Notes: generated by a model not told the origin, from the letters alone. Positions 30,379 through 44,889 are shown, counted from the first letter of the stretch. The stretch is 64,000 bases of DNA from the human T2T-CHM13v2.0 reference genome, Homo sapiens (GCF_009914755.1 NC_060943.1), one strand, 5' to 3'. Translations and numbers: made by a program.

Positions 30379-31881
30379 GTCTGGTTGCAGACACTGCGTG
30401 CACAGTCACGCTCAGGTGCACACGTGTGCTCAGGACGGTGGGAGGCTCCTGAACCACAGTGACCTTTGTCCCCTCACAGTCTGAGCTGCCCTTTCTGCCC
30501 CGTTTCCATCTTTCCCCGCCCCCAGTTTTGCTTGTCCTGTTTCTGCCTGGTCCCAGCTACAGCAGCCCTGGCCCCTGTCTCTTCAGCTTGAGAGGCCCCA
30601 CAGTAGGCTGCTCCTTCCGGGGGCCGTTGCCTGTTCCCACCCCCCACGGCCCTTCTCTGCCGCGCTCGTTCACGCCTCACGCCCGTGCTGCGCTGTCCCC
30701 TGCTGTGTGGTGCCTTGTCACGCACCCTGTGCCTCTGGCGCGGGCAGCCCATCTTCAGCCCGGTCTCAGCTCTTCCCATGTCCATCTTTGTTCTGTGAGG
30801 TCTTGGGCAGCTGTCTGCCGGGCACTTCCATCTGGGGAGGGGCTGGTGCCGCCTGGGCCCCGCCTCGGGAGGACGGTGTGCTTTGCGGTGTCACGCTCCA
30901 CCTAGCCGGGGAGGCCTGGAGAGCCCGGCGCACTCCTGCGCCTAGAGGAGGAGACCCGCCCCGTTAGCCGGGGGCCGCGCCCACCCCAGACCCACTAAAC
31001 TTCGTTTATACTGCCACTCTTGTGTTTGGGAAATGCTAAATTTTTTTTGCCTTTAAAATTTTCTGTTTTGATCCCATGGTGCATCTCGCTCTTGCTGCTG
31101 GCAGCAGAGTCTGACCTGCTGGAACCCGTTGTGGCCTGTATCTTTGTGCATTGTTTCTCTACCTGTATAGAACATGCATAGATGTCTACGATATGACCTC
31201 TTCTAGGACTCCTTGGGCTTACCCAACGGTGTTGCGTAAGCCTAGCGAGGCACCAGCTATGATAGATACTGTATCTGTTAACGCTTTAGAACGATATATG
31301 GCTGCTGTCAGCACTAGCTGCAAAGCAAATTGCAAGCCAAGGGGGAGAATCCTGGGTTTCAGAGAAGCATACACACATCCACGGTGCACACCCCTGACTA
31401 AGATGGCGCATTCCACGCGGGCCCCCGGCCTGCAGGGTTCACTGGCAATCTCCCCACAGGCGAGAGCCAGAATATTCAAGCACGGGCCTCTGACCCTCCC
31501 CTGGGGGGCGCTTTGTCTGCCAGTAGCGATGGAGGCCCTCACCGTTCCCCTGTCTCCGCTGCTGTTTTATAAGATGTGCTCCTTGTTCCAAATCTTTGTG
31601 ACACGGAGCCCCAGCCCGGGGTGTCTGGGGCGGAGGCTTGACTCAGGCCTCAGTCAGCAGAGCCGTCACCGGGAGTGCGGACGTCACCGTCTGTCCACTC
31701 CGTGTGCAGTCGAGTGGTGGCTCCTGGGGAGGGAGGCAGCTGCCCCAGGGGCCCGCAGCGCCCCACACACAGCTTAGCTGAAACCCAAGGTCGATCCCTC
31801 GGCCCGTCCCTAATACTGTTCATCATCCTGTTTTGTGTCACAACACCCTGCTACCTTGATTCACTCTTCGTCGTTGGCTAG

Positions 31882-31964
31882 GTTTTGGATTTATTACTTT
31901 CGAGGACGAACAATCAGTGGACCAGGCTGTCAACATGCATTTTCACGACATCATGGGCAAAAAA
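31882..31964 (+). CDS. DAZAP1: DAZAP1 exon 7 (RRM2 RNP1)
   Basis: (G)FGFITFEDEQSVDQAVNMHFHDIMGKK; 83 nt; weak donor AAA|GTGTGT. Confidence 0.96.
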
Positions 31965-34238
31965 GTGTGTAGTTGTAGTTTTATTTTACCTTAAGACCAA
32001 ACCAAGTCTTAGGCAACTTAGGGGTTTCACTGGAAAGGAACATTCCTTCACGGAAAGGGTCGGGCGAGTTCGTCCTGTGAACCTTTGCTGCGTGAGGTGG
32101 GCCTGGGTCTGTAGACGTGAGGAGGGTCCCATCCTTCCCCAGCACCCTTCCTGCGGGGTGGGGATCTCTCAGCTTTGCTCCTGGAGCCCCTCCCTCTGGG
32201 TGACCTGGGACTGGGCGGGTAGGGGGCTGGGGCTGGGAGGCTGTGGCGGTGTTGGGGCTGGCTCCAGTGAAACCGCAGCGTTGCCTCAGGCTTGGTTTCC
32301 ACGACCACTCCTTCAGATGTCTGCAAATCCCCATTGTCTGACACTGACCTGTAATGTGATCAGCAAGGGACCTTTGAGAGCCGAGGTTCCGCTTAAAATG
32401 GAAAGCACAGTGGAAACATCATGAAGGACTGGTTGTTTGAATTGGGTCACTTACTGTGGAACTCCGGCACCAGCCACATGCTCTCGGTAGTACTCAGCCA
32501 CCATGCAGTCAAGTGACCTCTGGTTGTGTCATCTTCATACTGTGTTACCCCCGGAGGTGAGAGGGACAGGAGGCCACCCCCCCAACCCCCAGGCCAGCCC
32601 TTGGAAGGCATGTGTCAGAAAGGGGTCCCTAAATCCTTGTTTTACCTGGACCCTTGGAGGTTCTTGAGAAGTGGACTCTGAAATAAATAACTGGTAGAAA
32701 TTCTACAGTGTGGAATTTCTTGCAGTTAGCAAAAGCTTAGGGGTCCAGGTTTTTGCAGGATTCCTGTCTTGGTCCTTTCAAACCAAGGAGCTCTGCTGGC
32801 TCTGCCAGGCCGCCTCACATGCCCAGTGGGATTCTGACCCGGCCTCCTTGGTGCGGCAGCTTCTCCCGTTAACGGAAGAAGACGCTTAGCCCCTCTGACA
32901 GGGCCATGGTTGTTTTTTCAATTAAAATGTCCTGGAGGGAGCATCGTGCTCATTATCTCCTGCCCCTGCCCTCTACCCCAGCCAGAGGTCTTGATAGCAG
33001 AACTTTTTTAAAAACAGTAGCATGTGTAGTTATTTTTGTATACACGTGGCTTAGATTGGGTTGCAGACTTCATTAATTCCATTTGAACCCAACTAAAACA
33101 GGAGACACAATCCTTGTTCTGACATCGAGTGCAGCTTGTGGTTTAAAATGAGCCTGCCGGCTGCATGGGTGCGCGACAGTACAAGCAGGGCTTCAAGGAG
33201 TCTGCGCCCAGTGTTTTAAGGGACTACGACACTGACAATTTGGGGAAAGCGTGGTCTTGATATACGGGGCAGAAAGAGCTCTGTACAGTGCACACACCTG
33301 CTGCCGTCCCTGGGCAGCCCCTGGGTCCCCCCAGCCATGACTGTTCTGCGCGAGCTCCTGAGCTGGGCGACCTCAGTGTGGGTCTCGCCTTCCAAGCCAG
33401 ACAGTCGTTGGAGTCCAGCTTGCCCGGCGCCGGCCTTCACTGGTTGGCTGGAGCGGCACTTGGCGTCGCCGCCGGCCCCTCATGGGGGTTTTCCGTTTGT
33501 GGAGTGTTTGGTACCGCGTGGTAGTTAACCCTCCATGCCAGGCGACTGCATTGCTGCATTCAGGTAGGAAAGGGTGAAAGAATTTTTTTTTGTTTTTGTT
33601 TTTTTAAAGTACAAGGACCGCTCTGCTTTGTAAGCAGGAACCGCAGTCCCCTGAGGAGGGTGTGTGAAGACTCGCTCATTTGAGTTCTTTGAAATGGGTC
33701 CCTTGGTCCTGCTGTCACATTGCCTTGAGCTAACGGATCCTGTTCCCATCATAGGCCGGTCCTTGGGGCATTGGGCAGGTGGGGGCTTTGTGCCTCTGTG
33801 GCTGCTGCTGTCTGTTCTCTAACAGGCAGAACTGAGGGATTCTGAACTCAGGATGTGCAGCTCTCCAGACTGAGACCCCAAGGCTGACTCCAGGTGGATC
33901 CATTGTCTCTTTATTCTCATTACGATTTATCAGAAAAGTGAGACAAATTCAGGATTCTCAAATGCTGAGGCAGCCCCGGAATTGGGGGGATCTTTCTGTT
34001 GTTAGTCCACCCATATTTTCAAGCAGGCATTAAAGGAAGGTCAGCCACTGCGCCTAGAATAAGTAGGTCAGGCCTGCTCCATCCATTGTCCCCGGCCCCG
34101 CACCCTCCTCCTGAGAAGACTGTGGCTCCTGACACGTCTAGAGAGGAAGGGCCCCGGGCTGCTGAGCGAACACAGTATGAAGATTGCTTACTGATCCAAA
34201 TGTCCATTTTATTGCATGTTTGTTACTTTTTTTGTTAG

Positions 34239-34326
34239 ATGTAATGTAAGATTCTCTTATCACATCCATTCCCTCTGACATTAGTTTTGAGTTAATTGAG
34301 ATTCTTTAAGCGTTAGCCTGGGGAAG
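34239..34326 (+). other. DAZAP1: Candidate poison (NMD) cassette exon in DAZAP1 intron 7
   Basis: U-rich tract + TAG acceptor, consensus AAG|GTAAGT donor, 88 nt, begins ATG TAA in the exon-7 frame. Confidence 0.65.
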
Positions 34327-34845
34327 GTAAGTCTTTATCTTCCATTAGACATTTTAAATTTAAAAATCTAAGTAAAACACCAGCCGTGTTTCTCAGGTAT
34401 GAGTTAAAAGCACAGGTGGGCGGGCTCCAAGCAGTCCAGAGGGCGATGAGGATGCCGATTGCTGGGAAGATCCTGGTCCCTTTTTGTCCCCATGTTTTCA
34501 AGAGGAAGGAGGACGCTGCCATTTTACTTGAGTGAAAGACCCTTCGTCACGCACGAAACCCCCGAGGGCTCTGGGCTCGGTCCTGCTGCCCCGCAGTGGG
34601 CGGGCTCTGTGTGTCTTACGGTTGCATCTGTTGTACCTGAGAAACATTTTTTAAACAAAAAAATTCAACACAAAAGAATTTTTTAAGAAAAAAATGCTAC
34701 TGGCCTAAATAAGGTTTATAGTTAAGTATTTAGTCTTAAGTTGTAAGATGCTAAGTGTAGTCATAAGTTACCCGAGGGTGTGTCTAAAGGGAAGGGGGTG
34801 CTGGGACCCGCAGCCTCGCCCTAAACCAGAGCTCGGTTTGTTTAG

Positions 34846-34999
34846 GTGGAAGTTAAACGAGCTGAGCCTCGGGACAGCAAGAGCCAAGCGCCGGGACAGC
34901 CAGGTGCCAGCCAGTGGGGGAGCCGGGTTGTGCCCAACGCTGCCAATGGCTGGGCAGGCCAGCCCCCGCCCACGTGGCAGCAAGGATATGGCCCGCAAG
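34846..34999 (+). CDS. DAZAP1: DAZAP1 exon 8
   Basis: VEVKRAEPRDSKSQAPGQPGASQWGSRVVPNAANGWAGQPPPTWQQGYGPQ(G); 154 nt. Confidence 0.96.
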
Positions 35000-35970
35000 G
35001 TAAGGCTGATGCAGAGGTGCCCACGGGAATGTCCCCCTTCTCGGACTTGGCCCGCGCGCCCTGGGCTGTGCCGTCGCTGCGGCCTCCCCACCTCTGCTGT
35101 GCATGCACAGAGCCGCGGTTCACAGTGTCCTTGAGCCCCCGCGAGGTGCCGGCTGACAGCCAGCTCCCGGGCAGCACCCGCAGCCTCCTCAGTAGCGGGG
35201 TGGCCACGGCTTAGGTGCCCGTCCGGGGCCTGGGACTCATTGTCACCGGGAAGAGCTGCAGTGAGCGTCTGCACCTCGCGACCGTGTGCCACGGCAGGTC
35301 TGAGCACGAAACCCTGAGAGGGCTGGCATTGCCAAGCTGAGCTCAGAATCGGGGTGCTGCCCCTGGGGGGCTTGAGGAGCCGGCAGGCTTTGGATCCTTG
35401 CCACCTGCCGTTCCCTCTGCAGTGCCGTGGGCCCTCTGTAGTTAGGCCCACGTTGTGGGCCGTCCTTGGAGCTTCCAGCAGCCACGGAACCCCTGGGCTT
35501 GGCTGCAGCCCGACCCGAGTTGTGGGTCAGGGTTCCAGATGTACGTCGTCCGGGTCCCGAGACTGTGGCTTCCCTGCACCTCGTCTAAAACCTTTTTCTC
35601 TGGAGCCTCCCTTGTTGGAAACTCGGAGGTGCTGTGGGGACTGTCCCTGCCCTCTCGAGGCTTAGAAGTCTCAGGTTTCTCTGGGGTCCTCAGGTGGAGC
35701 CGGGAGGTCACCCGTGCCCCAGTCAGCAGACACAGTGCCCGCCACCTGGCAGGGCACAGAGGAGAGTGGCTTTAAGGCCTGTTCTACAAGGGGTGGGGAG
35801 TGCTTCTCTGCTCAGGGTTCAGAGGGCTCTGCCCTCAGGACGAACAGGCTCTAAGCACAGGAGGCTCCGGGGTTGGTCCCAGCCCTTGACGTCCATGCTC
35901 TGCGGCTCCTTCTCTGCGTCGGACAGCTGGTGGACACGGCGCCAACCTCCTCTTCTGTTCTCTTATCTAG

Positions 35971-36000
35971 GAATGTGGGTGCCGGCAGGACAGGCGATTG
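35971..36000 (+). CDS. DAZAP1: DAZAP1 exon 9 (30-nt exon)
   Basis: (G)MWVPAGQAI(G); strong pyrimidine tract and GTAAGT donor. Confidence 0.93.
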
Positions 36001-36225
36001 GTAAGTCCTTGTTTATAGAGCAAAGGCGGGGACAGAAGCCACATGGCAGGCTGACTCGCCAGGTGTCCTGGGGCAGCCGGCAAAGCCTGGTTCCCGTGTC
36101 CTGAGTGCTGGAGAGGAAGAGAGGGTGAGGGGCCTGCTAGGGCCCCTGGCAGGCCTGGGTCTAACTGTGGCCAGTCTGTGTTGTCCAGCGCTCTCTGTCC
36201 ATCACCCCCGTACTGTGTGTTTCAG

Positions 36226-36366
36226 GTGGCTATGGACCGCCCCCTGCAGGAAGAGGAGCCCCCCCGCCACCCCCACCGTTCACCTCCTACATCGTGTCCA
36301 CCCCTCCTGGAGGCTTTCCCCCTCCCCAGGGCTTCCCTCAGGGCTACGGTGCCCCGCCACAGTTCA
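36226..36366 (+). CDS. DAZAP1: DAZAP1 exon 10 (proline-rich domain)
   Basis: GYGPPPAGRGAPPPPPPFTSYIVSTPPGGFPPPQGFPQGYGAPPQF(S); 141 nt. Confidence 0.96.
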
Positions 36367-36706
36367 GTAAGTCTAGGGGGCCTTGTGGGAGGGCCTCCCG
36401 CCTGCTCCGGAGATGCCAGGTGGTGGGCGGGGTGATGGGGAGTCTTGTGTTACACGTCTGGCCTCAGCCACAGGTGGGGTGCCGGCTGGTCAGCAGGTCA
36501 CCTGCCACCAGGCCCTTCACCTGCAGATGGGCTCCATCGCCTGTGGCCTCGCTGGTTAGGCTAAAGGGCAGCCCGGGCTCCTGCGGGTTGGAGAGCTCAT
36601 AGCAGGAATGTCTGGGCCCAACCAGTTCTCACAGGCTCCTCAGGAGACAGAGCCTGGACTTCGTGTCTTAGCCTCATACTTCAGGATTAGGGGGGCATTT
36701 GTTTAA

Positions 36707-37672
<966 letters not shown>

Positions 37673-38517
37673 TCCAGAATTTTAGACGGGGCCCCCAGGG
37701 TGAGGTCTTGGCACCCTCCAGTAGAGAAGAAGGGACATGGGCCATACGTGGGGTGTCCTTTCTGGGAGCCTTGCGTCCCTTACCTGCCTAGCCAGGGATT
37801 GCACCTCACAGCACGCAGCCAGCAGGAACGGCACCGTGATCTGATTTCACCTGCGGGCCCTGGGCCCTGGGGGTGTTTGACAATTGGGGCATATCACAGT
37901 GTGAGCTAGTCCCGTCTCGGGGGTTTGGAGGCTCCACGTGGCCGTGGTACAGGAGCAGGCAGTTCCATCCTCTGGCCTGGATCAGGCTCTGCACACGGAG
38001 GCCTGTGGGCCAGATGACTGACAGGAGGGGAGTTGGGTGGAACCTCGGCCTGCCTGATATCCAGCAACAGAGGGCAAGGGCGGCAGCACCTCCAGCATGA
38101 CAGTCCCTTCCAAGCACGTCAGGATGCTCCCTTGCCTGTGCTGGCAGCTTCCTAAACATGGGGACTGGGCATGGTGGCAGGTTTTTGTCCTTCTGAAAGA
38201 GCAATTTTGCTGTGAGGTTACTTGCTCCTTGAGTTCTTGTCTGAGGCCCACCTGGCGGCTGCTCCGTGAGGAACGAGGTGGCCCTGCTGCAGCTCAGCAT
38301 CCCGCCACGCTCCCAGGAGTGTGTGTTTCCTGGGGGGAGCGGCCCGGGACCGTGGCTCTGTGGTCCATTCTGTGGATGTCCACAAGGCCTGGGCGTTCTG
38401 TGGGTTTGGGTGGCAGTCCCGTCTGGGCAGCTCCTGCTGGGCTGGGTGTGGGTCTCCTGCTGGTCTGCCCCCAGCTGCACAACGTGTCTTGTGCCTTGCC
38501 CTCTTGTACCTCTGCAG

Positions 38518-38694
38518 GTTTTGGCTACGGGCCTCCACCTCCACCGCCAGATCAGTTTGCCCCTCCGGGGGTTCCTCCTCCACCAGCCACTCCCGGGGCA
38601 GCACCTCTGGCTTTCCCACCGCCTCCGTCTCAGGCTGCCCCGGACATGAGCAAGCCCCCGACAGCTCAGCCAGACTTCCCCTATGGTCAGTATG
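38518..38694 (+). CDS. DAZAP1: DAZAP1 exon 11
   Basis: FGYGPPPPPPDQFAPPGVPPPPATPGAAPLAFPPPPSQAAPDMSKPPTAQPDFPYGQY; 177 nt. Confidence 0.96.
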
Positions 38695-39742
38695 GTAAGT
38701 GGTCTCCTGCCATGCCGCGTCCCCGCTGGCCCCAGGACCCTGGGCACGGCCTGCCTTCTTCTGCTTCCTCCCCTGCTGGACGCTCCCCAGCCTTTACCTG
38801 GTGGGAAAGGGGAGAGGGAGGAGAGGGGGGTGTGGGGGTTGTTGGAGAGATCTCGTGGCAACTCGGGTCCAGCAGAAGGGAGCGTGGGAGTCTTGTCGCA
38901 GCAGAGCACTCGTCATACAGCAGGTGCTGCAGGGCCTGCATGTGTGGGAACCTGAGTGGCGACTGGGTCGAGGGAAGTGAGTCGCAGGCAGCTGTGATCA
39001 CTGTCTAGAGGTTCAGGCCCTCGGTGTGGGTCCCGGGTGCACTGGCCCCTTGGTGGGTTCCAGTTTCTGGCGTCATCAGCCTCCTGCTGGGTCCAGACCC
39101 CGCTTGGGGCAGAAGCTGGGTCTGTAGTAGGCGTGGCCTGGACGTGGGCTTCACCCTGGACTGGATGGCTGTCGTGGCTTGGGTCTGCCTGGACGTGATC
39201 TGCAGGCAGCGCATGTGCTTCCGGGGCAGGAGCTTGTGGGGGGGCGGGGTCAGCATGGGTCAAGGTCTGCATGTCAGTAGTTCTCGCCCTGCACTGAGCC
39301 AGGAGTCACAGCAGCCTTGCTCAGGACCAACGCGGTGGCCTCAGTGGGCAGGGCTCCAACTACGGTCAGCTCCTCCAGCACCAGGGGTCATTCACAAGCA
39401 GGGTTTGAGAACATGGGGCACCTGTCTGCAGGTGGCCACGGGCTTCCGGGGTGCCTGTGAACACGCTTCCTCTAGGCCTGGTGGAGGCCGGGGTGTGGGA
39501 GCTGTGTTCGGCCGAGGTGCCCGCCCACCCACCTCGCATGGCTGTGGTTCCCCTGCCCCCACGCCCAGGCCTTGGGCCGAGGTTGCCGCATGTGTGGGTT
39601 CTTGACCCACTCACCACCAAACCCTGGCGTGTCTGAGACTGGCAGGGGGGTGTGAGGCGCCCGGTTGGGGCGTGGCGTGTGTCAGCCGCTGCTCTTGGTG
39701 GCGGCTGCTTGGGTTGGTCACCCTGGTCTCGTCTCTTGCCAG

Positions 39743-39831
39743 GCCTGGGTTCCTATTCTCCAGCCCCGCCGGGCTGCGGCCCACACTTTGTTTACAGTCT
39801 TATGGTCAGGCTGAGCAGTGATGTGGCCTAG
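39743..39831 (+). CDS. DAZAP1: DAZAP1 alternative penultimate exon (378-aa isoform C-terminus)
   Basis: Pyrimidine tract + CAG; (G)LGSYSPAPPGCGPHFVYSLMVRLSSDVA*; stop TAG abuts donor GTAGGT; 349+29=378 aa matches the shorter isoform I recall. Confidence 0.8.
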
Positions 39832-40740
39832 GTAGGTGCCGCCTCCTTCTCCAGGGTCCTCCCACCCGCCTGCACCGGGAGGTGGACGTGGCTTCCTCTG
39901 CCGTCCCGGGCGGGGGTGGACGCTGGCGGTGCCCTCTGGGAAGGGGCCCTTGCCGGTGCCAAGACATTGGCCACAAGCCTTCAGCGGGCCCAGGATCCCC
40001 CAGAGAGAGCCCACGCCCACCTGTGCCCACGTGCACCCGAATGGGAACCCAGAGGTCGTGGGAGGGGCTTCCTGCAAGGTGTGCAGCGGGGTGGGGAGCG
40101 GCGTGAGCAGCTCTGTCCTTGTAAAGACACCGCTGTCCATGCTCCTGAGGTCGGCTGTGTGGGCCGGACGGGCTGCAGGGTGTGCTGGCCCCTCAGCCAG
40201 TGGTGTCACTGGGGCAGTCAGGTTGGGCCCAGAAACCCTTCCCTGACACGTGCCACCGATGGACGTGCCCTGACAGGAAGGACAACGTGGGGTCTGGTCT
40301 GCGACGGAGGGGCAGGCCCTGTATCGCTGCAAGGGCCCGTCAGGGGTTTTCTGAAACTCCGAGAGCCAGCTTTCTAGAAGCCTGGTCCACCGTGCCTTGG
40401 GCCATGTGTGTCTCCAAGCCCCGAGGCTTCTCTACCTCCCCTCACCCCCCCAACCACGTCTTCGGGATTGAACAGGGAAGCGGTGAGGTTACGTGGGCCA
40501 TGGAGGGCTCTGGAAGCCGCTTTTCTCTGTGTGTGCCCCTGCTCACATGTTTTTGAGGGAGAGAACATGCCCGGGGTCCTCTCCCCGGCCCAGGTGCTGG
40601 CCTCAGAAGGGCCCCACCCGCACCCCGTGGGACCCGTGGACTCAAGGCAGGCTCGGCGGAGCTGTGTCCAGGTGGCCTCGCTCGACGGCAGTGCCAACCG
40701 CCCAGGGACCGCCCCGAGCTCACAGGACTTTCTCCCCCAG

Positions 40741-40916
40741 CAGGTTACGGGCAGGACTTGAGTGGCTTCGGACAGGGCTTCTCAGACCCCAGCCAGCAGC
40801 CTCCTTCCTACGGGGGTCCCTCCGTGCCAGGGTCGGGGGGCCCCCCCGCCGGCGGCAGCGGCTTTGGACGAGGGCAGAACCACAACGTGCAAGGGTTCCA
40901 CCCCTACCGACGCTAG
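40741..40916 (+). CDS. DAZAP1: DAZAP1 last coding exon
   Basis: (A)GYGQDLSGFGQGFSDPSQQPPSYGGPSVPGSGGPPAGGSGFGRGQNHNVQGFHPYRR*; CAGCAG acceptor; total CDS 1224 nt = 407 aa. Confidence 0.97.
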
Positions 40917-41114
40917 CCCGCGGCGCCGCGACGTCTGCACGGCCCAGACCCAGGATTCCAAACTTGTGAACTCGTGACAATCACAAACTTGGCGGCAAAG
41001 TGGCGACTCAACCTTGGGGGGGGGGGCGGGGGGAGGGCGCGAGGCTTTTGGAGCGGCTGTGGGTGTCGTCTGGACTGAGGTTTTTAAATATTTCTTTCTC
41101 TAACCCATCAGCAC

Positions 41115-41120
41115 AATAAA
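41115..41120 (+). terminator. DAZAP1: DAZAP1 proximal poly(A) signal
   Basis: AATAAA ~200 nt after stop. Confidence 0.8.
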
Positions 41121-41659
41121 AAAAAGTCACTGGTTCAACAACAGGGTTTAAAAAAAATGTCTTCAGCTTTAATTCAAAACTTCAGGTTTCTTTTTCTTCC
41201 TTTTTTTTGGAAATTATTTTCCTGAGCCTTTTGTTTTACGGTATATTGTAAACTTTTATGTTAAAGAAAAAATATACATTTACAAATTGTGAGATTTTTA
41301 AGAGAAATTTTCTACGATGTATACTGGCTTATTTTTTAATTTAAAACGGGGTTTCCGTCGGCACTGGTGGAGGGGGTGCGCTGTTAGTCCCCTCGCTCCT
41401 GGCTTTGGGGGTTGGGACTTGGTGGTCCAGAAACTCTGGGAGCTTCTAGAAGAAATCTACTGAGTGTATTTCTGTTTTTTGTTTAATTCCTTGCTTTTGT
41501 CGACTGACCTGCTTGGTAGTGTCTGAGGTGAACTGTGGGGGTTGCGCACAGCCAGCCGCGTGGATCCCACGCAGCGCTGAACCGAACCGAGTAGGAAGCC
41601 TTTCTCCCCAGGCACGTGGCTTCAGGGCGTTTCCCATTGACCAGTTTGACCCTGGTTTG

Positions 41660-41665
41660 AATAAA
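41660..41665 (+). terminator. DAZAP1: DAZAP1 distal poly(A) signal
   Basis: AATAAA followed ~30 nt later by GU/U-rich element (tttgtgtccgtttttt). Confidence 0.88.
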
Positions 41666-42008
41666 GAGAAGTGCGTTTGGATTAGAAACCACTTTGTGTC
41701 CGTTTTTTCCCTCCTTGGTCTTGGCCTGTGCCTACCCTTCCAGTGCCTAGGAAAGGTCTGAAACGCGACGGAGGCGCCCTCGCCCTCCCCTTGGCTCTTG
41801 GTGGTCTCAGCAACCCCGAGGGCTTCAGGGCAGAGGCTGAGTGGCGAGCTGGGCCCATCCCTCAGTGGGTCTTGGGATGCTGTGACTTTGAGGATGTGGC
41901 CACCACCAGTTTTCTCGGGGAATGTGGGCTCCAGGCTTTTCCCATCTCAAGACCTTTAATCATATCTTTTGCCATGGAAGGTGACATATCCCCAGGTTCT
42001 GGGGATTA

Positions 42009-43960
<1,952 letters not shown>

Positions 43961-44249
43961 TACTAACTTTATATACAAAATTTTATCTGTTAAAGCCGGA
44001 ATGGTTCTTTTCAGCGAGGCCCTGTCCCTGCTCCAGTATCTGTAATGAATTCTCGTGTTCCTCCCACAGTGGGACCTGAACCGCCAAACCGCACCTACGA
44101 GCAAACGGTAGGCGCTCCATAAATACTTGTTGATGTGGGTGCCATCGTGTAGATGACGGAGCACGAACCCGAGGCTCAGACAGGGGCGGCGACTTGTCCA
44201 AAGTCCCACTCCGTGGAGGAAGCGGCTCTGCAGACCTCAGGCGGCGGCT

Positions 44250-44422
44250 GCTCTAATCCCTGCAGCCTGTGTTTTGCCCTCCAGACGGCAGAGGGCGCGT
44301 GTTCGCCGCCGGGAAAGCGGAAGCGCGTGTGCGCGCACGGCCGAGGGGGCGGGACATGCCGGCAGTCTCGCGATAACTGCGCAGGCGCGGACCAAAGCGA
44401 TCTCTTCTGAGGATCCGGCAAG
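44250..44422 (+). promoter_or_regulatory. RPS15: RPS15 CpG promoter with TCT/5'TOP start
   Basis: TCTCTTCT pyrimidine initiator 44401-44408; ETS-like GCGGAAG, GC box, TCTCGCGATA 44366-44375, NRF1-like TGCGCAGGCGC 44378-44388. Confidence 0.88.
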
Positions 44423-44425
44423 ATG
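44423..44425 (+). CDS. RPS15: 40S ribosomal protein S15 (uS19) exon 1, ATG only
   Basis: CAAGATG|GTGAGT; ATG-only first exon is typical of ribosomal protein genes. Confidence 0.92.
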
Positions 44426-44659
44426 GTGAGTGTTGCGATTTGGCGCGTCTCTGCCGGGCCTATCCGGCTCCATCCAACCTCTGACCGTCTCGCGGGGGCC
44501 GCAGTTCGTCCCCGCGGCTACGGCGGCTTGCTCCCGACCCTGCAGGCGGCTGGATGTTGGGGCGAGGGGCGGACTTGGTGGGTGTCGGGACGACGCGGGG
44601 CTGGGAAGGCCTGTCCGGGCCTTCATGTCCGGGTCCTCGTAACCCGGAGCCGCGAGTGA

Positions 44660-44889
<230 letters not shown>

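Noticed and set aside
31170-31400. Possible intronic snoRNA or miRNA around the hairpin
   Set aside because: No convincing C/D or H/ACA box arrangement; stem too short for a pre-miRNA
37806-39008. 367-aa (-) and 303-aa (+) ORFs
   Set aside because: Shadow and flanking read-through of the Pro-rich DAZAP1 exon 11
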